DNA of 64,000 nucleotides from Negaprion brevirostris. Its lineage: Eukaryota. This document shows positions 37,905 through 51,046 of the stretch, piece after piece. The first letter of the stretch is position 1. Each line of letters starts with the position of its first letter. A model generated the notes under the pieces. The model was not told the DNA's origin and made no database searches. It saw only the letters and a program-made list of their open reading frames with translations. The position numbers were made by a program, and so were the translations under genes. Location: contig JARDVH010000193.1 in NCBI GenBank assembly GCA_030324005.1, forward strand, positions 36,076,386 to 36,140,385, written 5' to 3'.

Positions 37905-38428
37905 TGAATGTAGCCCAATCCATCATGCAAACCAACCTCCCATCCATTGACTCCGTCTACACTTCCTGCTGCCTCGGCAAAGCATAATCAAGGACCCCAC
38001 GCATCCCGGACATTCTCTCTTCTATCTCCTTCCATCGGGAAAAAGATACAAAAGTCTGAGGTCACGTACCAACCGACTCAAGAGCAGCTTCTTCCCTGCT
38101 GCCATCAGACTCTTGAATGGATCTGCCTCACACTAAGGCCAGAATTTTATTGGCATGCCTGTCCCGATTCCAGGGGCGGGCGAGGTTCAAAGAACAGCAT
38201 TCTCTGTTGGCCTCAGGTAGGGTTGTACAAACCTTGGGCGGATGTGCCTGTAAAATTCTGCCCTAAGTTGATCGTTCTCCACACCCCAGCTATGACTGTA
38301 GCACTACATTCTGCACTCTATCCTATCCTTCTCCCCGATGTGCTCTATGAACAGTATGCCTTGTCTGTATAGCACGCAAGAAACAATACTTCTCATTGTA
38401 TACATGTGACAATAACAAATCAAATCAA
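37905..38428 (+). mobile_element. Rex1/Babar-clade LINE 3' fragment
   Basis: Frameshifted AQSIMQTNLPSIDSVYTS...IIKDP...SFFPAAIRLLN; tail aaatcaaatcaaa. Confidence 0.85.
38137..38263. mobile_element. 127-bp PIF/Harbinger-type MITE
   Basis: TIRs GGCCAGAATTTTAT / GTAAAATTCTGCCC (12/14); TSD TAA at 38134-38136 and 38264-38266; removing it restores the Rex1 3' UTR. Confidence 0.85.
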
Positions 38429-38821
38429 AGAAGTTCCCATAAGTTTTGCATATGCTCAGGAAGGGAAATAACAATCTTGCATTACAGTCTTAGAGGGACT
38501 TGATCACTTTGTCTAACTGGACCAAGACCAAATTTATTCCCCTGGACTGCACTCTCTCGAAGAGCTGAAGTAATTTATTAAATCACTGACATGATGAACC
38601 CGATTTTCTGTTGGCAGGGTTGCAAAAATGAGGTTACAACAGTCGTTTATCACTGCTAAACGCACAAATAAAAACTTATTTTTATATTTCTGTTATTGAA
38701 GCTGCAAAAACAGTATTTGAAAGTGAGATCCATGAGCACACTGAAGGCGAAAGAAGTATTTTGACTGTGGTTAAAAATCCTTACAGCCTGACCATAAATC
38801 CAATACCAAAAATTGCAGCAA

Positions 38822-39150
38822 GAATTATAAGGAGAGGCTGGATAGGCTGGAATATTTTTTCCTGGAGTGTAGAAGATTGAGGGATGACCTTACAGAGATT
38901 TATAAAATCATGAGGGGCACAGATAAGTTGAATTGTCAAGGTCTAATGAGCTGCCAGAGGAGGTAGTAGAGATGGGTACAATTACAACTTTTAAAAGACA
39001 TTCGGACAGGTATATGGATGGAAAGTTTTGGAGGGATATGGGCCAAATGCAGGAAAATGGGACTAGTTTGGTTTGGGAAACATGGTTGGCATGGAAGAGT
39101 TGGGCTGCAGGGCCTGTTTCCATGATGTATATCTCTCTAACTCTACGACT
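38822..39150 (+). mobile_element. CR1 3' fragment with internal deletion
   Basis: ERLDRL...RLRDDL, NELPEEVVEMGTITTFKRH; same subfamily as 22545-22996. Confidence 0.8.
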
Positions 39151-40004
39151 AAAAGTAAATTCATCTGCTGAATCAACAGAAGTTCTATAGTCTTTCAACA
39201 AATATGCCTTTACCTAATCCTTTAGAATCATGCTATTCATTAAAGTATCACTGATATAGAGGAGATAATGGGGTATTTTCATGGGACAAGTAATCTAGAG
39301 ACCTAGGGTAATTCGCTGGGGACCCGGGTTCGGATCCCACCACAGCAGATGTGAAATATGAATGCAATAAAACTCTGGAATNNNNNNNNNNNNNNNNNNN
39401 NNNNNNNNNNNNNNNNNNNNNNNNNNNNNNNNNNNNNNNNNNNNNNNNNNNNNNNNNNNNNNNNNNNNNNNNNNNNNNNNNACATTCACAACATTTTGTA
39501 GTTCCTTACAGTCTTGGGCAGAACAGGAGGCATACCAACTCCAGATAACAACAAAAGAAGTGGGTACAAAAACATGGAGATCAGAGAAGCTTGTCACAGA
39601 AACAGAATGCTTATGATGGGAGAATTTAATTTTGACACAGATTGAGAGAAGCAGAACGTCTGAAGTCTTCAAAGCAACACATTTCTTGTTTGCATTCGGG
39701 ACAATTTCTCTTGAAATAAAAGAACAAGAATTCTTTGACTCAATAAAGTGCAATTAGTCTGAATGATCCAACAGTAAAAGAGCACCTAGTGAATAGTGAC
39801 TGCACTGTGATAGAATTTGATTTGGGGTTTGAGAGGAAGAAGGATAGTCGAACCGAGCTTTTGCATATTAAGTAGGGTTAATTTTTGAGGCATGAATTGA
39901 CCACTGTAAACTGGACAGAACTACTAACTGATAAACATCATCTGCTGTTCATCCATAGTTTTTTTTAATAAAGTATTTGGTTGAATACAAAAAGCATGAA
40001 TGAA

Positions 40005-40600
40005 CAGAGAGATCAAGGGGTCCAAGTCCAGAAATCACTATTGCCTCGTGGATAGGTAACAATTAAAAAAGCTAACAAAATGTTGGATTTTATTTTGATA
40101 CTGGAATACAAAGAGCTGGAAGTTTGTTGTCATTGTATAGTGCTTTGGTTAGACTGTATTCAGTTCTGGGCACCAAAGACATATTAGCCTTGGTAGGGGT
40201 GTAGCATAGATTCAACAGAATGATACCAGGGCTAAAAGGCTTAAATTATGAAGGTGGGTTGGAGAGATTAGGTTTGTATTCCCTTGAATGCAGAGGATTA
40301 AGGGCTGATCTAGTTGAGTTGTTTTAAGATAATTGAAAGGTCTCATGAGATAGATAGGGAAGAACTACTTCGGCTGGATGTATCCAGAACAATGGGCATG
40401 TTTTTGAATTCAAATTCAGGAATAATGTCAAAAGAACTTCTTCAGACAAAAGATCATGGAAATATCAAACTGTCTTCCACCAAAAAGCATGTGAGGTTCA
40501 GTTATTTGAAAATTTTAAACTGTGATTGGTAGTAAAGCAAGGCTATTGAGCATTGGGGTTGATGGGGTTCAAGCTATAATCTAATTGAATGCTTTGTTTC
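40005..40600 (+). mobile_element. Decayed CR1 3' fragment
   Basis: QFWAP, RFNRMIPGLKGLNYE, RGLRADL remnants. Confidence 0.7.
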
Positions 40601-40947
40601 TGTGTTTCCCTGTAACTATGCATTATATTCAGTAGGTAGGGTGCATACTCCATTTGAAATTCATCTTAATTACCTCTTACTTTTGGAGTTGGTGTTGCAT
40701 TTTCTGTGTGCGAGGAGTCATACCTTGTAATACACTGAGCTATTTCACTGCGGGGAAGGTGTGCAATCTGATCATCAGGTTTACATCCATCACCCAAAGT
40801 GTGTTCCAAGAAGTTGTCAGGCACCATTTTGCCTCTTACCTGAATTTCAGATGTTCAAAATAATGATTTAAATCATTTTTACTTTATTCTAAATGACTTA
40901 AATTTAATCAACTAAATTTCCATTTATTCCTTTTAATAAAAATTTTG

Positions 40948-41545
40948 CTCTCTGTTTCAGAAGGGCTTAAATAGAATATTTTGATGTCAAGGTTTTCTAA
41001 AAGTGTGGAGTTTTGCAGCGTTTCCCAATCTACGGATCTTGCACCCATTCTCACCAACATTTACAGATGCACCATAGAAAGCATTCTTTCTGGTTGGTAT
41101 TACAGCTTGGTATGGCTCCTGCTCTGCCCAAGACCACAAGAAGCTATAAAAGATCATGAATGTAGCCCAATCCATCACACAAACCAGCCTCCCACCCATT
41201 GACTCTGTCAACACTTCCTGCTGTCTCGGAAAAGCAGCCAGAATAATCAAGGATCCCACACACCCCAGACATTCTGTCTTCCACCTTCTCCCCTCAGGAA
41301 AAAGATACAAAAGTCTGAGGTCAGGTACCAACTGACTCAACAGCTTCTTCCCTGCTGCCATCAGACTTTGGAATGGACCTATCTTGCATTAAACTGATCT
41401 TTCTTTACACCTTAGACATGACTGAAAGACTACATTCTGCACTTTCTCCTTACCTTCTTTATGAACAGTATGCTTTGTTTGTTTAGCACACAAAAAGCAA
41501 TACTTTTACACTATGCTAATACATGTGATAATAAATCAAATCAAA
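40948..41545 (+). mobile_element. Rex1-clade 3' fragment with ~100-bp non-LINE head
   Basis: LTNIYRCTIESILSG... from about 41047; tail ataaatcaaatcaaa; head shared with 51383-51485. Confidence 0.85.
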
Positions 41546-42629
41546 CCCACAGAGTGAAAAGGTCAACTATATTCTCAGAGATTAGGAACTTCCTGCTGCC
41601 ACACCTTTTTTAAAACAAAGTGGAGATTGAATTCTANNNNNNNNNNNNNNNNNNNNNNNNNNNNNNNNNNNNNNNNNNNNNNNNNNNNNNNNNNNNNNNN
41701 NNNNNNNNNNNNNNNNNNNNNNNNNNCAGGAATTGTGTTTCTGTAAATGGGATGTGACTGATACCTGAGCCAAAGCTGTGCTTGCTTATATTCATTTTGA
41801 AGCAATTTACAGCGGCCGCCTAATTTATATGGTCACTTCAAACCTTCCAACGTTCTTTGTCCTGTTCAGAAGCATTGTGTGCTGCACTTAAAATACTCTC
41901 ATTTGCTTGTTTGCTGTAACAGAGGTCAATGGCAGTCAATTTTGCCAGGCTGTGGAGAGAGTTGCAGAGAAACATTTTGACCGTTCAGTATGACTCTTCT
42001 CTAGCACTGATGTCATGCCCAGCTTGCTGAACTTTTCCAACACGTATTGTTTTTTATTCCAGTGCCCTTAACATTTTGCTTTTATTAAACAGAACAGATG
42101 CTTGGGGCTGTGATTTTCCATCTTGATTCAGCAACCCAACACCCAGATTGTTTCTGGGTTTCAGATGCCCGTCTAAAATGCAAAGGGGGCCTCATAGGAA
42201 CCGCACATATTCCTGGCCAAATTAGCACTGCTGAGAGCAACCTATAGATGGGATCCAAGAGTCCTTAGGGGCAGCCATTATTAGGCTTGTCATTGGCTGA
42301 GGATACAATAGTGGGCTAGTATGAGCACAAACAAAGACCCAGGGTGGCAGATAGGTTCTCAGATGCCCATCTTGAGGCATTAATTGAGGTAGTTGCTCGA
42401 GGCAAGTGATGTCGTTCCTGACACCTAGCTGGAGAAATAGACTTGGAGACACTAAGAGGGCTGAGATGGAGGTGACTACAAATGTCAGTACTACCATATG
42501 GGATGGAAAATTTGATGGACCATTTAAAGGTCGCTTGACCTTTGGCAGTAATTTCCAGGCTTGGCTTAGGTGCAACCGGACAATCCCACCTTTTATCTCC
42601 ATAAGGACTATTGGGTAATCACTCCTACC

Positions 42630-43010
42630 GATAAGATGTATCTGCCATCAGTAGATTGGTGAGGATGAGGTTAAGTATGTTTTTTCCCTCTTGTTGGTTC
42701 CTTCACTGTCTATCATAGACCCAATCATAGAGTCGTAGACCCAGTCTAGCAACTATGTCCTTTAGGACTTGACTAGCTCAGTCAGTACTCATGTAACTGA
42801 GCCACTCTTGATGATGGACATCAAAGTCCCCACTCAGGCTATGTTCTGCGCCCTTTCCACCCTCAGTGCTTCCTCCACGTGGTGTTCAACATGGAGGAGC
42901 ACTGCTTCATCAGCTAAAGGGAGACAAGACGTGATAATCAGCAGGAGGTTTCCTTGCCCATGCTTGACCTGTGGTGAATGATGTTGATGTTGAGGACTCC
43001 CAGGGCAATT
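42630..43010 (-). mobile_element. LINE AP-endonuclease fragment
   Basis: VKHGQGNLLLI...HVEHHVEEALRV followed by a GDF motif. Confidence 0.75.
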
Positions 43011-43016
43011 CCCTCT

Positions 43017-43216
43017 CATAGAATCCTTACAGTGCAGAAGGAGGCCATTCAGCCCATTGTGTCTGCACCACCTCTCCAAACGAGTATCTTACCTATGCCA
43101 CTCCGCCCTATCCACGCAACTCCACACATTTACTGTGGCTAATCCACTCAATCTACACATCTCTGGATACCAAGTGGCATCTTAGCATAGCATAACTTGC
43201 ACATCTTTGGACTGTG
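43017..43216 (-). mobile_element. HE1 type A 3' fragment
   Basis: catagaatccttacagtgcagaaggaggcc tail. Confidence 0.75.
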
Positions 43217-43438
43217 CTCCACTCTGTCACCACCCTGCTGGATTTGTTCTACCAGTGAGACACTGATGTTGGTATATCATCTTTAGGGTATGATTTTGTG
43301 AGTATGATCTCTCTGCAGCATAGCACTGCTCTGTCGCTGATGGTACAGGATGCTTAGACAGGATGTCAGCTGTATCTCAGCTAGTTTCCTTATCTAGAAT
43401 GCAAGTGTACCATGAAAAGGCTGGAGTAGTCAGTTTTG

Positions 43439-43734
43439 AAGTTTATTTATTAGTGTCACAAGTAGGCTTACATTAACATTGCAATGAAGTTACTGTGAAG
43501 ATCTGCAAATCACCACACTCCGGCTCCTGTTTAGGTACACCGAGAGAGAACTTAGCATGGCCAGTGCACCTAACTAGCACGTCTTTCAGGCTGTAGGAAG
43601 AAACCAGAGCACCTGGAAGAAACCCACAGAAACAAGGGGAGAATGTGCAGACTCCCCATGGGCAGTGACCCAAGCCAGGAATCAAACCGGATCCCTGGCA
43701 CTGAGGCAGCAGTGCTAACCACTGTGCCACCACG
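43439..43734 (-). mobile_element. Full-length V-SINE type B
   Basis: Head, core and tail gtgacactaataaataaactt. Confidence 0.9.
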
Positions 43735-44689
43735 GCAAGGAGGCTGATGAAGGATGACTGATATCAGTCCTTGCCTCCTTGGTCCTTATAGCTCAGGAAC
43801 CATTCCTGTAGCTGGGCAGTTCAATGCAGCTATGTGTAATCCAGAAGCTACCTCCACCAATATCACCCAGCAGCCATTCGTACAGCCTGCAGCACCTGTG
43901 ACTCCTGTAGGATGTAGAAATCATGGCAGCTGCAGTCCAGGAACTTCCAAAACACATTTCCTAAAGCCACAGAGCAGTTGGGCATAGAATGACAGCCTTT
44001 TCTGTTCAAGAATCTGACTGGCTGATCCGTTCAGTGCATCTATTAGCACTCACAGCTCCCCACTGCAGTCACAGCCACTCACCCCGACATGTCCCAGACA
44101 GTCTGTGTTCTCTGTGCCTCTCAATTCAAAACTTAAAGCTGCTCCCCTCAGGCCTCAGTAGTGATCTCAACCGCCAGTAAACTGGGCAATGTGCAGGTTT
44201 CCTCCATCTCACCCACCAGGCCCTCCCTGGGAAAATTGCTTCACATTCTGGGAATGATGTTCTCCCGACATGTAACACGCACACCTGTACCCATGTTCAC
44301 CACCACCCCCCCCAACAAAATAATCTTTCAACCTCCAGCCATTAAGTTGTACCTCATCAGGAAATCCACTGCGCATTTTACGAAGACAAATCTGTTGGGA
44401 TGTGGTTCCTGTATTGGATGTGATCCAGATAGGTAAACTTTTAAATAATTTTATTTATTGTGGGTAAGGAGAAGCGCCATCTGTATCCCACCCCTCACTT
44501 CCCGCCCCCGTTCCCTTGCAGCCTCTTGCCACCAAATTTTAACAGTTCCAACTGCTTCCTGCTGACTCTGGTTGGGCTGTTTTGATGGAGCCTTAGGCCA
44601 GTGCATATTAATAAGCCTAGCCATTCAACTTGGCTTGGCCTCCCTAGTTGCTTTGCCCTCATAGACTGTTCACTATGCCACATTAAGAA

Positions 44690-45250
44690 AAGTCTTTCAT
44701 GGGATGTGAGCATCACTGGCTAGGCCAGCTTTTATATTGCCCATCCCTAATTGCCCCTAAGGAGATGGTGAGGAGCCACCTTCTTGAACTACTGTACTCC
44801 ATGTAGTGTCAGTTCATCCACAGTGCTGTTAAGGAGAAAGTTCCAGATTTTGACCCAGTGACCATGAAGGAATAACGATTATAGTTTCAAGTCACCAAGC
44901 TAGGATGGCAAATGACGTGGAGGGGAACCTGCAGGGGTATCTGCTGCCTCTGTCAGTTTGTCAAGAGTTTGAAAGGTGCTGTCATAGGAACCTTTAGTGA
45001 GTTATTGCAATGCATCTTGGAGATGGTCCACACTGCTACAATTGGGCGACAGTGGTGAAGTGGATGGACATTGAAGGTTTTGGATGGTGTGCCAATCAGG
45101 TGGGCTGGTTTGCCTGAATGGTTTCTAGAGTGTTGTTGGAGCTACACTCATCCAGGCAAGTGGAGTGCATTCCATTATACTCCTGACTTGTGCCTTATAG
45201 ATGGTGGAAAGCTTTGGGGACTCAGAAAGTGAGCTACTTTGTGCACAACA
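44690..45250 (-). mobile_element. Second LINE family, RT C-terminus and tail
   Basis: LSTIYKAQVRSIMECTPLAWMSVAPTTL; tail ggatgggcaat...gctggcctagcc...catcccatga. Confidence 0.8.
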
Positions 45251-45251
45251 T

Positions 45252-45328
45252 GGGCGGCACGGTAGCACAGTGGTTAACACTGCTGCTTCACAGCTCCGTG
45301 GACCTGGCTGAATTCCCGGCAAGGGTCA
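45252..45328 (+). mobile_element. HE1 SINE head running into a gap
   Basis: gggcggcacggtagcacagtggttaacactgctgc. Confidence 0.8.
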
Positions 45329-48300
45329 NNNNNNNNNNNNNNNNNNNNNNNNNNNNNNNNNNNNNNNNNNNNNNNNNNNNNNNNNNNNNNNNNNNNNNNN
45401 NNNNNNNNNNNNNNNNNNNNNNNNNNNNNNNNNNNNNNNNNNNNNNNNNNNNNNNNNNNNNNNNNNNNNNNNNNNNNNNNNNNNNNNNNNNNNNNNNNNN
45501 NNNNNNNNNNNNNNNNNNNNNNNNNNNNNNNNNNNNNNNNNNNNNNNNNNNNNNNNNNNNNNNNNNNNNNNNNNNNNNNNNNNNNNNNNNNNNNNNNNNN
45601 NNNNNNNNNNNNNNNNNNNNNNNNNNNNNNNNNNNNNNNNNNNNNNNNNNNNNNNNNNNNNNNNNNNNNNNNNNNNNNNNNNNNNNNNNNNNNNNNNNNN
45701 NNNNNNNNNNNNNNNNNNNNNNNNNNNNNNNNNNNNNNNNNNNNNNNNNNNNNNNNNNNNNNNNNNNCATTTTGGACTGAAAATCAACACCTATAACATG
45801 TCTGCAGTTATTGTTGTAGTTTCAAACTTCACGCTAAATGAATAGTTTAGGTCTGTGAAACATCATAGTACATTTGCAAAATGAGTCTTATTATAACGAC
45901 CCCATGAATAAATAATGTTTGCCAAAATGAAAGCTGTTTCTGTGCATGCTTAAGTTTATTTTAAAACACTTCTCAGCTGTCACTTGATTTATGTGGTATC
46001 TCCGTATCCTCCAGCATTTTTAATTTTGTTGTTTGTAACATATTAAAAATGTTCTCATTTGCCTGCTATCTGTAACAGGATTCAGTGGAAGCTAATTCTG
46101 CTAGACTGCGGTGAAACTGCAGCAGACACTCGATCACCACATAATCTTTCTAATTCCAGCTAATGAGTTGTATCTCAGTAGCAAGCCGCTGCTTATTTTA
46201 ATGCAGATTTCAACACATCCAATACCTGTCACTTAAAAAGTGATCCTGCTAACTAAAATCGTGGCTTCACTGCTCTGTATGAAATGTGTGTAATATCAGA
46301 CTGGAATGTAAAAGCCAACACAAACTCTATCGAGAGCTGACAGTGTCTGCAGGATCTATAACTAGCTTCTGTTTGCTGTGCATGTGATAAAAATCCAACA
46401 GCATCACTTTAGGAGCCAGAAGTAATGTGTGTTGCAAGTGTAATGTTTTGAGACTTGCCAGATCTCTTGATAGCGGAGACGATATTTTTCAAGGGGTCAT
46501 GTTACCATGCATGTCATTCGATAGAAAGGTGTTGCAGTTTATTAAAACTGTAGAGAGAGGTGCTTGCTGCAAACATAAATGAGCCTGTAATGGTCCATAT
46601 GCTTTGATTTTTATTGGGTGATCCCTCAAGGGTTTAAAGCTTGAGTGCAAATAACAATGCTTCAGCCCATCTGCTGGTGCATTATCAGTCCTGGTTAAAT
46701 TCTCACATGCTTTGAGTAGCTGGCATATGCTGTGGCATAAAGATGTTAAAAAAAAGTGTTATCAGCCAGCTGCTGTGTCAACAAATACTTTTCAGCTAGT
46801 CATTAACTTTCTCACACTGATCAGGGAATACTTTACCTAAAAGGATTTTCTCTAGATAATGGAGTGAGTTTGAGGCATTGAGGTGGGAGGGAGGAGAGAT
46901 GAACTTTTGATACCAGGCAGTGTCTGGTCTCCCTCTCACATGAGAAATTTCTTGAAATTTTTCACAGGAAATGTCTTCGGTTGTGTTCTGTTCTCAGTTC
47001 TGTTCTCCTTCAGGGAATGTCTTCACATGCACTCATTGGAACTGTTTCAGCATTCTGTTCCCAAAGTCATTATCAGGCTGGAGCAAGCCTGAGAACAGAT
47101 CACAACACTTCTTTAATCTGACAGCAACATTTACAAATCTCTTCCATTTCAATGCATGCTAAGAGCTGAAGAGCTCCTCGCACCAAGCAAAGGGTAAAAA
47201 TTCAAAGAAGGTAACAGTGAATAAACGAGAAGTAATCATCTAAAGGTTACTTCAGATGCTGAAGAGATGTGCCGCATTCGCCTGCATTTTTACAACATGG
47301 TTACAGAAACAGTGAGCAAAGAGGAAATGGTTGAGGTGTAATTTCTTCAAGTGTTGGCTCATTATTCTTGCCTTGTACCTAAGCTGAACGTGAAGGATTT
47401 ACAGAATTGCCTACATAACGATAGTCACTGCATTCCAAAACAAATTATCCGTGCTTTGCACTCATGTGAAAAGGCACTTTGTAGATGCAAAAACATGTTA
47501 TTCTTGATTTACTTTATCTGTAACAGTTGATAGCATTGTTAGGCNNNNNNNNNNNNNNNNNNNNNNNNNNNNNNNNNNNNNNNNNNNNNNNNNNNNNNNN
47601 NNNNNNNNNNNNNNNNNNNNNNNNNNNNNNNNNNNNNNNNNNNNNNNNNNNNNNNNNNNNNNNNNNNNNNNNNNNNNNNNNNNNNNNNNNNNNNNNNNNN
47701 NNNNNNNNNNNNNNNNNNNNNNNNNATTGTGTCTGAGTCGTGCCGTATATCATTCACTAATGGATTACTGGAGCATTACAATTACCTTTATTGTCCTTCT
47801 GGAAATGTGTCAGTGGTTTTACCTTCATTTTTCTACATTTATTATGCACAGTACTATTGATGAAATAAGAAACTATGGCTGTTATTTTCACATGTCTCTG
47901 TTCTAGGTCACTGAGCCAGTAACATGGAATGAAACCACAATAGAGAGAGAAAAATTAGAGCCTTTGTTTGCTGTCCCCGATGTGTTGTCTTGTAACAACA
48001 AGAATGAAAATTAGTCCAAGTACATCAGTTATGCCACCAATCCGTGTACTCTGCAGAAATTATTTTGATTGTTTTATAATGTTTGTTGAATTCTAAAGAA
48101 TTTTTCAATTATATTACATGGGTAGAAAATTTAAGATATAGACTGCATGTTGACATATTTTGTAAGGTTGTACCCAGATGAACATATGACTTGAAGACCA
48201 GATTATTATTAACACAATGATGTAAATGAAAGGTAGAAGTGCGAGGATACTGTATTATCAAAGATTTAGGGCAGTACTTGCAAAGTACAACACAGGGTTT

Positions 48301-50561
48301 TCAGACCCCATTAACACCCACACATTTTGCATTGCTTTTGTCCCAGGGTAACAATATTGCAAATTATGGAAACTTGTATCGAGCTCAATTCAGCAGACTT
48401 GGACGGCTGGTTAGGTTTCAATTCTAAAAAAGAGATATGGTTGGCTCTGTTAACACTAGATACATTAAAAAATGTCAGCATAAAAATTTTCCAGATGTTC
48501 GGAAATTGGAGCGATGTGAGTGTGCAGGAAGTGAACTCACACTCTTGCCATAATGTGTCCTAAAGCTTGATCCCTCAACCCAATCCCTAATTTATTGTAT
48601 CCAAAACTGCTTTAGCACTGGCTCAAAGCTGGCAGTGTAACTAACCTAATGGGTCACTTTAAACTTTAATTTAATTAACCCAACAGCTAATTTTCTTTTA
48701 CGTACACCATTCAATGTGAGTGGCAAAAGACAAAATAATTGTGAAAAATATAGTGAACAAAAGGCATTTGGATTACAAAGGATATATGAGAAGATGCATA
48801 CATCCTTCCATAAAAGTTTGTACGCATGCGCTTCAAATTACATTCATGCACNNNNNNNNNAAGCAGGTGTAAGGTCCCAAGTCCAGAGAAGTGCTAGTGA
48901 TGAACTGGAATGTGCTATTGACACCATTCTTGGAATGCTGCATTGAATTTTTGAAATCAAATCATCAGCACCAAATTGTAGGCTTGGAAAGAGCGCTAAA
49001 CATGGTACTAGGAATCACTTTTTGATCTGTTAACAAGTTATGGATGTCCTCAATTCTCATTGCAAGAAAAATGAAGTGGTGATAGGTATACTGTTTGGAC
49101 TGAGTGCACAAACACTGACTTCTTGTCATGCTCTGTTGTTGATCTGATCTACACTCGTTGGAGAGGTGGCAGCAGATACAGCAGAATACCTTCACAGGAG
49201 CAGGGGGCAATTGTTGCGTCTGGATGCTCCAACATGCTTCCTGAAGACTGGGAACAAAGAAGAATTAAAAGCCATGTAGGGCCAGACTGTTCACTCCATC
49301 CTCTCACGTGTTGTAATGCTAAGACAACTGGGACTCAAGATCAAGGGTAATTTAGCAGGCAGGAAGGGAAAGTGCCGAAGGCGATATGATTTGGAGGTTT
49401 GCAAGTGAGGAATTGAAAAGTTCCAAACCAAAATATTATTTGTGACAAAGCCAAAGACCATAACTATAAACATGTTAAATCAGAATTTAGTTCTTAGTTG
49501 ACCAGCACAGCTGAAAAACATCCACACAAGTATCCAGATGCATCCTTTTTAAAATAAATATTTGAAAACAGTAGGAGTAAGATTCATGTAAAACATCTAA
49601 ACGCCTTGCCTTGCATGGGACTCACAGTTTGTTAATGTTATTACTGCAATATGTGGCTTTGTGTGAAATGGTAGATTTCTTAGGCTGGGAATTCTCTTTT
49701 TAGGTAAGATCTTAATATAGTGCAAACAAGTTAAAGTAAACAAGTGTTGGTGAGACTATTAATGCACCCAGCAGGTAACAGTTTACTCGACCATTGTGTC
49801 CCAAACTCTTCACAACTTTCTGCAGAGACAGAATTCAATAAATAAGTGGATTAATTTTCTTCTGCACGAAGAATGATTTGTGTCAAATTGACCATGATTG
49901 TGAAAATTGCTGGTTAGATAAATAACTCAATAAATGATCAGTTTTAAATAGCGGAAAGATTCACACTGCACTATTTACAGCATGTTAAAACATTGTACCC
50001 AATTTGACACACTTTGCAATAGAATGTGCCCTTGAAATATCTCATTGACGGGTTGCAGATTGTGCCTTGTTTTAATATGGTCCATTTTATGAGAAATATG
50101 TGCAATGGTTTGGTGAATTAGAAATGACACTGCTTTAAAAATGATTTGTACCGAGTCACCATAAATTGGCATTTTAACATGGTAAAGTGGCCTACCAAAT
50201 AAAGAAAAATCTATGGGTTTGCATTGTCAGGATGCACACTCTGCCCTTAGATTCAGCTTGGACAGATGCCCTGTTTATGTTTTAACTGATACCAATATAA
50301 CTTGAGGCTTGAATTTTTTTAAAGGTCAAACTTAACATATATCAAAAATACAAATTAATATCAGGATTTTGGGATAAACCAGATCTCTTTTGAATTTCCT
50401 TAAAGATCTACTCTTATCAAGATGACGTGCTGCTGTACAGCTGTGCGTATCTTTTCTAACATGTAGGAATGAATGGATTTGATACTGAAGATATTTCTGT
50501 GAGCTCATACTGCTCCTGATCAATACCTTCCTGTTTAATTTATAATTTAGCCCATATTTTA

Positions 50562-50946
50562 TTTGATTTATTATTGTCACATGTATTGGTATACTATGAA
50601 AAATATTGTTTCTTAAGCACTGTACAGACAAAGCATGATGTGGAGATGGCGACGTTGAACTGGGGTAAACACTGTAAGAAGTCTCACAACACCAGGTTAA
50701 AGACCTGGTATTGTGAAACTTCTTACAGACAAAGCATACCAGTCATAGAGAAGAAAAGGAGAGAGTGCAGAATGTAGTGTTACAGTCATAGCTAAGGTGT
50801 AGAGAAAGATCAACTTGATGTGAAGTAGGTCCATTCAAATCTGATGGCAGCAGGAAAGAATCTGTTCTTGAGTCGGTTGGTACGTGTCCTCAATTTTTGT
50901 ATCTTTTTCCTGATGAAAGAAGGTGGAAGAGAGAACGTCTGGGGTG
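50562..50946 (-). mobile_element. Rex1-clade 3' end containing a mini-Penelope insertion
   Basis: RTRTNRLKNRFFPAAIR and Rex1 3' UTR. Confidence 0.85.
50637..50723 (-). mobile_element. 87-bp Penelope terminal fragment with fold-back
   Basis: 14-bp TSD TACAGACAAAGCAT at 50623-50636 and 50724-50737; matches the pLTR end at 29395-29422 and 63014-63106. Confidence 0.85.
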
Positions 50947-51046
50947 NNNNNNNNNNNNNNNNNNNNNNNNNNNNNNNNNNNNNNNNNNNNNNNNNNNNNN
51001 NNNNNNNNNNNNNNNNNNNNNNNNNNNNNNNNNNNNNNNNNNNNNN

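Noticed and set aside
40981-41202. Novel duplicated small-protein gene (with 51113..51445)
   Set aside because: Mostly Rex1 RT C-terminal sequence, frameshifted differently in each copy; only the DNA-level duplication is reported.
45190-45790. Long ORFs spanning N runs (also near 47514 and 58916-59649)
   Set aside because: Artefacts of assembly gaps.
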